Below, piece by piece: positions 36,931 through 49,278 of a stretch of DNA of 64,000 nt. The position numbers and the translations under genes are program-made. Each line of letters begins with the position of its first letter. Within the stretch, counting starts at the first letter, position 1. Location of the stretch: positions 558,001-622,000 of the forward strand of contig JALMLS010000420.1 in assembly GCA_038496445.1 (NCBI GenBank), in the 5' to 3' direction. Origin of the DNA: Trichosphaerium sp. ATCC 40318. Taxonomy: Eukaryota; Protista; Tubulinea. The notes beneath the pieces are model-generated. The model was given only the letters and a program-made list of their open reading frames with translations. It did no database searches and was not told the DNA's origin.

Positions 36931-38273
36931 ATGAGTGACACCGACGCGCCGCTAGTTCCAAAAAGTGGTGGTGAGAGCGCTAAGATACAAACGTTGAATT
37001 TAAAACTACAAGACGCTGAAGAGCATCGAAACCAACTTCAATCACAAAATAAACAACTCCAGTACGTATTAAAATACAAACCAAATAAATATAACAGACC
37101 ACGTCAACATTTCCCATCAACTCCACTTGGTGCGATGTATTAACTCTCTAACGCTTGGTAAGGCAAGAAATTGATGACTGGAAGAAAACAATACCACAAC
37201 TTCGCGAGGAGGTCAAAAAAGAAAAAGACGAACATGACTGGACAAAAGTTCTTCTTGAGGAAGAGATAGAAAAAGTACAAATAGCTGTAACTGCTCTACG
37301 AAAATTGCAAATGCAACGTAAAGAATGGGACAAAACAAACATGGACTTGGAGCATTGTAGAAGGGTTATAAAAGAACAAGAAAATAGAATTGAAGAACTC
37401 GAGGAAGATATTAAAAAAGAGAAAAAAGAACATGAAGTAAGTTATCCATTTTTATCCACCTGTCACGTGATTTTTTTTTTCAAGCGTTGTGTTTTAATGC
37501 ATTCTTTAGAAAACAAAAATGCTACTACGAGAACAAGAGCATATATTAAACACAGAAATAAGTGCCAGAGATGCTTTAATACGTTAGTGTGTTAGCACGA
37601 GTTGTAAGTTAACATCACTCTTTTTAGAGGCTGTAACAGAACGAATGAAAGATGTTCAAGAACAATCAGATAGGATAAAAAAGACTTACGATGAATTAAG
37701 CACAAAAGGACCAAAGAGTATTGGTGAAGAAAATACAACAAGTGATGCATCAGTACTAAGCGGAGAAGGTCATTTTAATCTATTGTTTACAAACTTTCAT
37801 GTACGAGAAATCGCCAAATCTTTACAGGCAGAATTGGGAACAGGTGATACAGCAAAAAAATCTGTAGCGTCTCTATTCGAAGAACAAGATAAGCTAGATA
37901 ACCTTGTACATGTTTATAGAACTGAAAGGCTTGCTGGGGACTGCTTGCGAAGTCAGTTAAAGAACGAACGAGAGAACAATGAGCAGCTAATGGACATTAT
38001 TAGTAAATTACAAGAACAACTTATGGATTATCAAGAAGGTAATGTCAAGAACTATAACTTGACTTTTCTAGATGTCGGAGTGCCTGTTGAAGAGATTATA
38101 CTAAAAAGTAAAAAGTCAGAGAATGTACAAACGCCATTTGTTCCGAAAGAAGTTATGTAAAAAAAACACAAAAAAGTTAACAACACCTACCTATGACTTA
38201 AATTAAATGTCTAAGGCCTGTCAATCGGGCAAATTCTATGAGCGTACTACCAATTCCATTGCACGAGCAGTGA
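36931..38273 (+). CDS. Coiled-coil protein of unknown function
   Basis: E/K/Q-rich heptad exons (37155-37435, 37630-38038) with GT-AG introns. Confidence 0.7.
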
Positions 38274-38325
38274 TTATTAGTTGTTGCGTAATACAAAGTT
38301 TACATGAGAAACTGGTGAAAAAAAC

Positions 38326-41300
38326 ATGACAGCGACGTGGTATACGGCCAAGCAGCTCCTAATAGGGCTAAAAACAGGCAACAGCGATAAAATTACAAAA
38401 GTTCGTGTAGACGCAATAAAAGGTACTCAGGATACCTGGGCTATGGTAAAATATGATGAGTTAACTCGTGTACACTAGAGCAACTCACTGATACAGTAAC
38501 AGCAATTGTCAAAAGTAGTTACCTCCAAGAACTAGATCTTAGTGATGCAGGCGTATCAGACACTGAACTGGAAGAATTATGCTCTGTAATAAAATTCAGT
38601 GAGTATTTTAACTAATTTCAAACGTTTGACGCATTCACCATCGCCACGCTATCGCGTAAATGACACTGACGCGTACTAGAAAAATCTTTGAAGAAATTGA
38701 ACCTCAGCAAAAATATTTTATCAAAAACGGGCATAGGATACATTGCTAATGTACTGAACCTCAATATATCACTTACACACCTTGATCTATCTCACAACGC
38801 CTTAACAGTACAAAGCACTAAAATAGTTGCGGGTAATTACAACGATAATGACTCCGTGATGCTTTAAAAATAACGTTAACTAGCTAGCCTTAAGACCAGT
38901 AGTTTGAAGCACCTGTCACTATCGAGTTGTGGTATAGGTAAGCGTCATAAAACAAGCAAATCCAAAGCGAAAAGTTTTTTTTTTTTGTTGTTGGAAACTT
39001 CTTTCTTATTGCAATTCTTAAGGACGTCTGTCTGGTGATATTATAGCTGAAGGATTGAGAGATAATAAATCACTTGAAACGTGTGTTTAAAAGCTGAAAG
39101 AAAACCAAGAAAACCCGCACTTGTTTTTTTTTTTTTGCTCAGTTTTGTTGGGCTTGTTCTAATGTCTTTAGGTTGGATTTGTCCTACAATAGAATTATCG
39201 ATAAGGCCGCAAATTCTATATGTGAAGCAATATTACAACACCCACGCCTACGCCGCGTAAAATTAGACCATAATGCGTTTGGAGACAAGGTAAAAAAGTT
39301 CACACCAAAAATAGGGGGGTTTTTTTATTGTTTGACATTTTGTTGCATCTGTCAGTAACAGGTTTTGTTTTAAAGGCAATACCGGGTCTGTTACAGGCTA
39401 TGCAAAATCCTAAATTGAAGATTTTGGATGTACGTGGCATTGATTTTGCTGCGAGTGGCATTTTGACACTTGCTGTCAATCTTGAAAAGAATACAACTTT
39501 AGAAGAGTTTAAAATATCAATTCGACGTTTGAATATGTCTCTCCAAGACTTTAAGCGCTTTTCTGTACATATAATGAACAATTGGGTACGTACCACTAAT
39601 AGGCAACCAAGCAGCGTTCAAAAAACAAAAAAGAACTTTTGTTGACTTTTTTTTAACAAGACGTTGAAATCCGGGATTGAGCTTTCTAAAATGCCACCAA
39701 TGGCGTTAACAACGTGGAACTTAATGTTGTATAATCGAGATTTATTGATAGACAGAGAGCACAGGAAGAAACATGCCAAGAGGCAGTCAGTTAAATCAGC
39801 AGGTACGAAAGAAAAGTGTTCAAAAATTTCACTAAAGCTGGAACGATGTAGAGGTCTCTGTTTACGAGTACGCGCTTATGAGTCACCTGGTATATTATGA
39901 AGATGGTGGAACAAAAGAAACTCAAGACAATGAACACGAAGCAAAACGTAAAGAGCATTGGGCCACTCTTCGTAGCATGGGCTGGCTTCTGTTGAGTATG
40001 AGCTTTTTCAAAGACATGTTGGTTTTTCTCCTAACACCTGGTTAGCTACGTCTAAAGAATTAGATAGCACTAGCGGTTACTGTGGAGTAGCATACGTTAA
40101 TAAGAGTAAAGGTCAGTTGGTTATAGCCCAGAGGGGAACGTACGTCTTATTGGAAGTGGAAGAGGTGACAGGCACTTAAAAAGCCTTGTAGGTTTCATGA
40201 GGACGATTTTGTAACAGATTTATTGTTACTATTTGGGAAACCCGACTTGACTTTCGCCTTGTCTCATTCTTTTGCACAGTCTGTAAAGGCTATAGCTCAT
40301 GAAAAATATACTGGTTATGAGATATCTTATACTGGCCATTCTCTAGGCGCTTCACTATCCGAGGTAAGGTTATGTATCCGTGGGGTTTTTTTGGTTCGTT
40401 CAATACACGATTTTTTGTAACACTTTTTTGATAGGTAAGAGGATACCTTGATAATAGGAAAGTAGTATCGTTTGATAGCCCGGGAGCACGTGGTATACTT
40501 GAATCAATTTCAAAGGATTCTAAAGAAGTATACTCAGCACCACGTGCAAATAGACTCATCACAACTTATGTCACAGAACCAAACGCAGGTTTGTTTAAAA
40601 TTTTTTTAAAGTCAGCTTCGCTGGCACTCCTTCATCTTCTGGTGGATCCTTCTAAGATCTAATCAGCCATAACCCATTAATTAATATGTTCGGTAAACTA
40701 ATTATTCTATGTAGCCAATACGTTACAACCTCATGCAGGAAAACTTGTTCGTATTTTTCCTTTTATGGATATGGATAAGGAAATTCCAGTTCTTGATGCA
40801 CCAAACGGTTATTGGGCTGGTATTATTATGAAGCGTCTTAAAGAACATTTACCAGCTATTGCAAAGAATTTCTTGATGAAGAGTAGAGATTTCATACAAG
40901 TACGTGTTGTGTCACTTTGTTTGAGTACCACTTTTTTTGAGCTTTTGTGTAAAAAGAAAGCTGTCTGTGCTTCATCTCATTCTGTGATCTAGAATGTGGC
41001 CTTACCGCGAACACTATGTCAACACTCTATGTTTGGTATAGTATCCGTGTTTGAAGATGAACACAAAACTGGTACACCTATAAAACAACAAGTACGTCAA
41101 AGAAGTTGAAGAAATTTATTCATCTCACTTTTTTCTTTAGAACGTCATTTCATGGCCAACAGGTCCTGCAGAGATAGAACAATACTATAGACTTGGTAAG
41201 ATATTAAAGGATCATCCTTAGAGCCCGCTATAAGCTTATAAGCTAACTCTGTTTTAGTACATCGGTACTACACGCTTAACCTTGGACCTTCAAGAGTAGT

Positions 41301-41445
41301 TCATATTGAAAAATTACTAAAACAAGAAGATGCATGGATGATTGAGCATGTATTCCATTACAAGGTTGAAAAAGAGAAACCAGGACTTAGGCTATGGGAT
41401 AGACTTACTAAACTATGGCAAAGCTCACAACCAAGTAAATTGTAG
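38326..41445 (+). CDS. RNI-like leucine-rich-repeat protein fused to a class 3 lipase domain
   Basis: LQELDLSDAGV, LKKLNLSKNIL, LTHLDLSHNAL, LDLSYNRI; then GVAYVN...LVIAQRGT, SYTGHSLGA, VSFDSPG, ITTYVTEPN. Confidence 0.78.
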
Positions 41446-41881
41446 ATTAGACATAACACAAAAAACGTGCCCCTTTCTTTTTCTTTTTTTGTTTGATCAC
41501 CACACGTGATTATACACAAAGTTGACTTAGAATTCTCAAGCGTATGTGTTACCTTTTTGCATAGCCAGTATCCGTGTATTTTTAAAAGCGCCGTTACAAT
41601 TACAGCGTTACTGTAAAAGGTTTAGCAATATTTTTCAGCAAAGTGAATTCCACATTTACAATTTTGTTAAAATGTTCTCATAAACTCGCTTTAACTTGGT
41701 TATTAATGTCATCATGTTACCTCATGTGACACGGTAATACCAGTTAGTTGTCTTAAGCCTATTGCTTTATCCTGTGACAAGAAAGACGGTAAAACAACTA
41801 AAAAAAGAAAGAGCTACAAAGTTACGGAAGTTACTTAAAGTCAAAGACACCACTCACTCTCACGCTCACTAAGCAACCACT

Positions 41882-43186
41882 ATGCAAGTTTCTAGTATTC
41901 TTGCAACCCTCACTATTATTGTACTGCTAGCGTCAGTTTATTGCCAACAAGCAACGCCAACTACTATCTCAGGCTTCGGAACGAATATTGAAGGTACAAT
42001 AACTCGATATTAAAGAACTAACTCAAACTCTTCTCATAGGAGCCAACTTTGATGCTGTTGGTAACTTCTTCGCAGTCCAATACGAATCTCCCACCCCACG
42101 GAAAGGTTCTCCAACAATTGGGCGTGTTTTCTCTGATGGCGTTTCTGAAGCTTATTTCACTATGCCAGGTACATAAAACTACACAAAAACGCGTAAAACA
42201 TCTAAATAAGCAAAATAGGACCAGAAACAACAAAGTTTAATGGCCTCAGATCCGATATTGATGGTGTACTATACGCTGCAGATAAAGGAAACAAACGAGT
42301 CGTTAAAATACTTCCAAGCAACCACCACGAAGTTATTTGCGACAGCGCTCAAATGGACAAAAGTGCGTTAACCCAGCTAACGCTATTTCCTTTGTTGTAC
42401 GAGTCTTTCAAAGAGTTTAACGTATTTTTTTTCAATTCGCAGACGTTCCAAACGATTTGGCTCTTTCTCAGTCTGGTATCATTTATTTATCAGGACAGAA
42501 CTGGGATGAAGCAAGAGGACAGATATGGGTATGCAAAAACGGACAAGCTGAACATTTCGAAACTCTTGGTAGAACAAATGGTACGCAAAGTCCTTCACAG
42601 AATAACTCGTTTGGTCTGTTTTTTTTTTCTTGGTTTTTTCCGAAATACATATTTCTTTGCTTACTTAACCTTTAGGTATCGCTTTGAACCCTGCTGAAGA
42701 TACTCTATATGTAACTGAAGGTTATGGACGCGGCAATGTTCAATTCCGTGTCTTGGCCTATGATATTGACGCAAACGGCGACTTGTCAAACAAACGAGTA
42801 TTGTTAGAACTAGGAAATGGAGGTGTCGATGGTATGAGATGCGACGAAGATGGAAACATCTATCTCACACGTTGGGGCCTGTACGTCTATATTACATGTG
42901 ATAAATCACGTGATTTTTATGGCTTTTTTGTGGTCACTAACTGTTTGGCACTAGTGGACAGGTTACTAGAATAACACCTCAAGGTGTTATAGACATGACA
43001 ATAAAAGTGTCATTCCCAAACCCAACAAATCTTGATTTTGGTGGCGATGATGGAAAGACCTTGTACATTGTCGGAAGATGTGCTGATAAATCTGGCGGAT
43101 GTATAGATACATTTAGAGTACCAGTAAGAGGAAAGACATTTGCTCAATGGAATTCAGTTGGTAAGTTGTTTTTACGGTTTCGTTAG
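41882..43186 (+). CDS. Secreted SMP-30/gluconolactonase-family beta-propeller protein
   Basis: Signal peptide MQVSSILATLTIIVLLA; IEG, FNGL, PNDLAL, TNGIALNP, VDGMRCDEDGNIY, PTNLDFGG; 3' end uncertain. Confidence 0.85.
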
Positions 43187-44307
43187 GTCTAGGTAGAACC
43201 ACAAAAGGTGGTGTGTAGTGAATTAGGTAGAGGAATTAGGAATAGTTAGGTTGTTAGGATAGGTTTCCTTTAAGGATTAGAAGATACTAGCCAGAGAAGC
43301 TAACAGCTTGATTGGTGGACGATACATAGAGTGTATCTAGACAGATGCTGCAATGTTGTAAGAAGGTGATTTCCAGTAGGTTTTAAAGATAATTACCCCT
43401 TTTGATAAAAGATCAAGTGGCTTATGAGAAACTGTTCGTGCAAAAATAAAGAAAAATGTTAATGTTATTTATTTGTTCAAGCAGATGTTTTTCCAATGAA
43501 TCACAACAAAGGACTCTTTTAATAACATCACAGAAAGTGTGCAACAAGCCATAGTTTAAACAACCTAATTTGCAAATACTTTCCTTTTATAGTTTCAGAG
43601 TTATTTGGGAAAGCATAACAAGATGAGATTGTATTTTGTAGCCTAAGATGCATGATACGTAAAAAATCGCGTCAGTCGGAACTCTCTTTTAGTAGCCTGT
43701 ATGATTGTAGCATCAGTTTCTCGTTACCAGATTTTTAACTACCATTACCATTTAGGTTTTACAGTATTGTTTTCGTCGCGTAAAGTAAAAAACTTGTTTT
43801 GTAAATTTGAGGTAAGTAGTATTGGATAGGGAACAATACTTTTATTTGAGTTGTTACTTAGAGCAATCACCGCAGAATTGGAGAGTTTACATGCTTCGAC
43901 ACTAGCATTCCATACAGGTGTACCAACACAGTCAGCACCTTTGTTTTAGGTTCCTGAACTGTAGGCACTTTACTATCATGGCGTCCTGCGAAGAGCAACC
44001 TAGGGACGAGATTTGGTGCATCTGAGGCTGCAAAGAACTGCACATTATCCAATCAATCTGTTTTAGAGAATTAAGGTGAAACTTGTCAAGCATTTGGTTC
44101 GTACCATTATTGGTGCATGTGGGCAAATAGTTTGGAAAACAACAAACTTAAACAACCTTCAACTTGGGTTTTTCTATGTGTACAGAACAGCAACAGCACT
44201 TGGTGGACAAGGGCATAATACGCAGATTATTAGGCGAATTTCAAGGAGCACGTGGTTAGTTGAACTGTCTTCAGTTGACTTCACTTTTTCCGTGTACACA
44301 GTCACAA

Positions 44308-44991
44308 ATGTCACGTTTGGCTTCTAAAACAAGAGAATGGATGTATACGTATACGCCAGAGCACTCTCTTTTGAAATCGCAAGGCGTAAAATGTGTTAGA
44401 CCAGAAACAACTAAATACACGCGCAAATCGATAGGAGACGCTGTAGTATGTAGCATGCTACTCAGATATAAGATAATGGACTTTATTATTCCTGAAGAGC
44501 TTATACAGATGATTGTGGCGTATATACTTGTAAGATCACCTCCAGATAGACTACGCCTTACTTTCATCAAAGACCAGCGCATATCGTTCAATTTTACAGT
44601 TTCAGCTACGCGAACAACATACGGCTTGGCGCATACTCTAAAGAGGTCCTTTATGCGTGCGAACCTAGCCTTAGACTCCTTTTTGGTCTTAGTTCGGCGT
44701 GAAGGTATTCAGCTAATACATATGGGAGAACGTGCGAATGGGTGTATTAAGGATCCACACGAAGTTTACGAAGGCAGACAAGAAGCTTGGGGTACGTTTA
44801 TTAGTTGGACTAAAGGACCACTATCTAGAAGGGATATGGATTGGCTCAATAGTCGTACGCTTGAAGAAGCAGGTATCAAAGATGGTGACATAATTAACGA
44901 TGAGTACACTTTCACAGAAATGGAAGCACTGATGTATGGTGTACCTAAGATAACAACTACCAGAGAAACCCAAGATGTTGGTGATTTGTAA
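44308..44991 (+). CDS. Intronless hypothetical protein (possible F-box-like segment and ubiquitin-like C-terminal motif)
   Basis: 227-codon open frame; IPEELIQMIVAYI; RTLEEAGIKDGDII. Confidence 0.55.
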   Translation: MSRLASKTREWMYTYTPEHSLLKSQGVKCVRPETTKYTRKSIGDAVVCSMLLRYKIMDFIIPEELIQMIVAYILVRSPPDRLRLTFIKDQRISFNFTVSATRTTYGLAHTLKRSFMRANLALDSFLVLVRREGIQLIHMGERANGCIKDPHEVYEGRQEAWGTFISWTKGPLSRRDMDWLNSRTLEEAGIKDGDIINDEYTFTEMEALMYGVPKITTTRETQDVGDL

Positions 44992-45268
44992 TTTAGGGGT
45001 TTTTTTATTATCTTCACCATTTCACCCTCCAAATAATAAACCAGCTTTTTATTCATTCTTATTTATTTCTTCTTTTTTTAAAGGTGCACTCAACTTGAAA
45101 GTTAGTTTTATGCTTTGATAGACACGTGTGGTACTTTCAGCTACAATGAGTTCTTCAGCTTGCTCTTAGCTAACAAGGACTTTATGGTAGATTTCTGTTT
45201 TTTTCTAGAAGCACACGGCTTCAGTTGTTAACGCAGTAGAGGTTCATGATTGGGTTAAACAGACAAAA

Positions 45269-47721
45269 ATGATAGCACCTTTTCATAGATTGTATTACTT
45301 GCACCCTCATTTTTTACCTATCTACGGTATTACGAGACGTAGGAGCCAATTGTCGTGTCTTTTTTTCTTCGTTTAGAAATGCTCAGCTGAACTAACAAAA
45401 GATACATAACAAAATACTCAAGGTAAGCAATACATTGCTTAAAAATCAATTACGGCAGCGATGAGAGTCTCCCACGGCTATTGGAAGAACCAAGTAAATC
45501 AACGGCGAACAATGAACGAAGTTGCGCAAAAATTGCGCGTTCATGTATGCGCTGATTGGTATAACACTTCATATCGCCAAGTTGGAGCGCTAGGCGCATA
45601 CTATGTGTTGCGAAAGTACGAACCGATGTTTCATAGCGCAGAAAGCTTTTAACCATCTCTCTGTCATTTCCAACGCGTGAATTCCTTAAAAATGCCTGTT
45701 ATAAATCATTTCGTTGTCCTGCCGCTGAACTAGCAGAGTCGTTACTAATTTTGAGTTATACAGCTATGACTATTCTCTAAACGCGTGTCTCAATGCCCTA
45801 TACGCAGAATACACATGGAAACCATGGCAATTCCTGTACGTTAGGTTTAAAATGCCTTTTGAAAGTAACGCTCACTCCACCAAGTCAAGCACCTAACAAA
45901 TATTGGGAAGATATCACAAACCAACGCCAAAAAATGGAGCAAATTGCAAAACGACAAGAAATCAAAACTGTTGATGACTGGTACAATACAAGCTATTCAA
46001 CGTTTAGAAATTCAGGTGCAGGTGCACTATTAAATACGTAAGTCGGTCACGTGTATAATCATAAGCAAAAATATTGACATACAGACAGGTACAGTAATTC
46101 TATTTCTTCTTGTCTAGAATCAATTTTTCCCTCCTATAACTTCAAACCATGGCTGTTTTTGTACGTCTTGCACCCTTCCTTGTGTTCCTCAGTGACTGAT
46201 ACTGAAAAAGGGTTGTTCCTTCATATGGGTGGAGCTTAGAGAACGCAAAAGAAGCCATTGAAGAACTAGCTGAATGCTTAAAGCTGAAATCACTTTGCGA
46301 GTGGTATGATGTTAAGGAAAGCGAATTAGAGAGTATACCAGCCGCCTTGGCCACCCACCAGTATGTCAATGAGTGATTTATAGTAACGTTAATTGAATGA
46401 AGGTTTAAGAAGACTCTTGCTGATTGCTTATTTGCCCTGTATCCAGAATTCAAATGGAAGTTTTGGGAATTTGAGTATGTTTTTTACAGTAAACATATCA
46501 TGCTAACTGTATGTCCAGTCAAGTGCCTGAAAGCTTTTGGAACGACACAATAGGTCACCGTCGTGCGCTTGATATTATTGCCAGAGACTTGAATCTGATG
46601 TGTTGCTCTGATTGGTTCAACGTTAGTGTTCATGATCTTACACGTTTTAAAGCTGACAAAATTGTGTTAACGTACGCATGTCCTTTTGATGTTTTTTACT
46701 AAATTCATTGACGTTATTTATACAGATATGGTGATTCTCTGGGAGATTGTTTGGATGTTTTGTTTCCTAATTTTTTCTGGTATCGTGGATATTTCAAGTG
46801 AGGAGTTTTTTTTAATGGTAATCATCGTATTGTCTAATTGTTTCATTAAGAGATGACCCTATTAAGTTATCTTGGAATACTTTATTAGAAAAACAGAGTG
46901 TTCGTGGCTATAGCCGTAAGCCAGAGCTCTTCTGGGATAGCATAGAACACCAGAAAGCTTTTCTTTATCACTTGAGAGAACAACTTAATTTGGGAAGTCC
47001 TAGCGACTGGTACAGCTTAAAACTCTTACAGTATCGGTATTACTCACTTTACTTTTCAGGTATCGTATCAGAATAGAGCAAATAGTATCTGAGGGAGGCC
47101 GTGGAATACGAAAGTATTGGCAAACAGCTCTTCAAGCAATAGAACCAAACTTTTCGTTTAAATGGCCAAGCTTCTCCGCAATTACTAAATGTTCCAAACA
47201 GCAGTACGAACTTTCGCTTCGTGTACGAACATTAGAATGCTCATACTATAACAGAGATCTTTTTCGGAGCGTGTGCCGGATATTCCCTGAATTGAACGTA
47301 ATAGAAGAAGCCACCATTGCAAGCAGAACGTCATCATTTGGTGGATTATCAATAGATGTCTACATACCTTCACATAATCTCGCAATTGAATATCAAGGTA
47401 CAAACCTATTTGCTAGCTTTAGTAGATGATTATAACTAAGCGTCTATTTTAGGAGAGCAACACTACGATGATACACTGACCTGGCATTTATCTGAAGTAC
47501 AAAAAGTTCGAGATATGGAGAAGATACAAGCGTGTAATGAATCAGGTATTTGTCTTGTACCTATACCATACTGGTGGCGTGGTGATGACGAATCGATTGC
47601 AGCTACTATAAAACATCATAAACCTGAAATTGACTTGAACGTGTCTCATAACGTTATACCTCTTTTAGAAAGCGATATTCATTTACATGAAACGCGACAA
47701 GGGCACACAGGTTCGTATTGA
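45269..47721 (+). CDS. Trp-rich helical-repeat protein with C-terminal PD-(D/E)XK/RAP-like domain
   Basis: Repeats YWKNQVNQRR...DWYNTSY, YWEDITNQRQ...DDWYNTSY, FWNDTIGHRR...DWFNVS, FWDSIEHQK; C-terminus IDVYIPSHNLAIEYQGEQHY...RDMEKIQAC...LVPIPYWW. Confidence 0.78.
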
Positions 47722-47883
47722 TAAAGTCTTCCATTTTCACTAACCTCTGGTTTTTTACATACAGGCCAAACGCTTATGGGTCCACGTCAAGTATTACTGC
47801 ATTGCTAAATGGAACACTCACGTAAATCAACACGGGCTTATTCATACTCGCAACGTCTTCCGGATAATAGGGCCCTTGCGGGT

Positions 47884-48844
47884 ATGGAAGTTACACATAC
47901 AGGTTGGCTAACAAAGAAAACAACGTCTGCTGTTAATTCTCAAACTGCACGGTATTTTGTTTTGCGCGGCTCGACGTTATCTTTCTATAAAAGCGATAAG
48001 GTGCTTATTTAAAGCGTATATTATAATTAAATTAAAAATCACGTGATCAACAAGTTTTATACTGCAAAATTTTACTCTTTTTGATTAATACGTATGTTAA
48101 CTATTGTAATTGTTTAGGATATTGCTTCAAAGAGCCGTGGCGATATTGATCTTAAACATGGTATTTATTTTTACATATTTTACACAATTTGAAGCTAATG
48201 ATGTGCGTATTAGCTCTAGTAAAGGAAGAGCAGACAGAAGGACGGTTTGCTATTACTATTATTACATTACTTCGTAAATGGACGTTAAAAGCACCTGATA
48301 AAGATCAATATGATACTTGGTTGAAGCACCTTGAGGCTGTATCTAAAAAAAACGGGCTTAATGGCGCTAGCGTTGATGTTGGTGTTATTCATAAAGAACA
48401 TGCTGAATTGAAAGAAAAACTTGTAGAGATGACTAGTTTATTTGCACAATTGGAAAGAGAGAATGAAAAAATGTTTAGTACGCCATAAAAAGAAGAAATG
48501 AATTCAAAAAAAAAACTTTTCTGTGTTTTTGGCTGTTCTCTAAGTAACCAATAGAGACTGCGTTCAATGATCTTCAAGAAGCTCTTGCTAGTAAACAAAA
48601 TGCTCTAGCTGATGCAGATAAGAAAAATGCAAAATTACAGAAGCGTGTCAGTGCTCTTGAAGGTAAGATTTTATCTTTTTTTTCTTTTATTGTTTTGTGA
48701 TTACTGGTGTTCATACTGGCACTTAGTGTCCACATTTATTTGCAGATAATGTTCGCTAAACATTATATCCTGTTTGATTTATTAAGCCTCACTTTTTTAC
48801 TAGCTGAAGTACAGGAGCTACGGAGTCAATTAGAAAACAAATAA
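47884..48844 (+). CDS. PH-domain protein with C-terminal coiled coil
   Basis: HTGWLTKK...RYFVLRGSTLSFYKS...RGDIDL...WTLKAPDKDQYDTWLKHL. Confidence 0.85.
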
Positions 48845-49278
48845 ACGTTAACTAATTCACGTGATTTTTGTTTAATTAACGGACCCAAAATCTCTAACGT
48901 TGCGAAAACTCGCATCTTTTCTATCCATGACAATTTTTTGCCTGTACGTAGGATCTTATCAAACATGGCCATGTTAACTTATTGAGTACACAAACTATAT
49001 ACGGAACCAAAAAAGCTTTTTCTTTTGCAACTCTACACCTTTGTTTGAATAGTTTTTGTACCAACTTTGATGCTGTATGTATACACATGTTTATTACGAG
49101 TTGGGAATTTTTGATAGTTTTTGTTGACGACAACTCTTGTGGTTTTTCCGGTTTGTTGAATAAAACTTAATAAATGAAAGTTGTTTACCACGGTTGACCT
49201 CCCTATCTATCGCGTTCTCACATTCTCACACGGACTAACAACACTGTTGCAACGTTTCTCTAAGGGTCAGTGGTAACC

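Noticed and set aside
43190-43420. Strand-skewed TAGG-rich stretch as telomeric or tandem repeat
   Set aside because: No regular unit; only compositional skew
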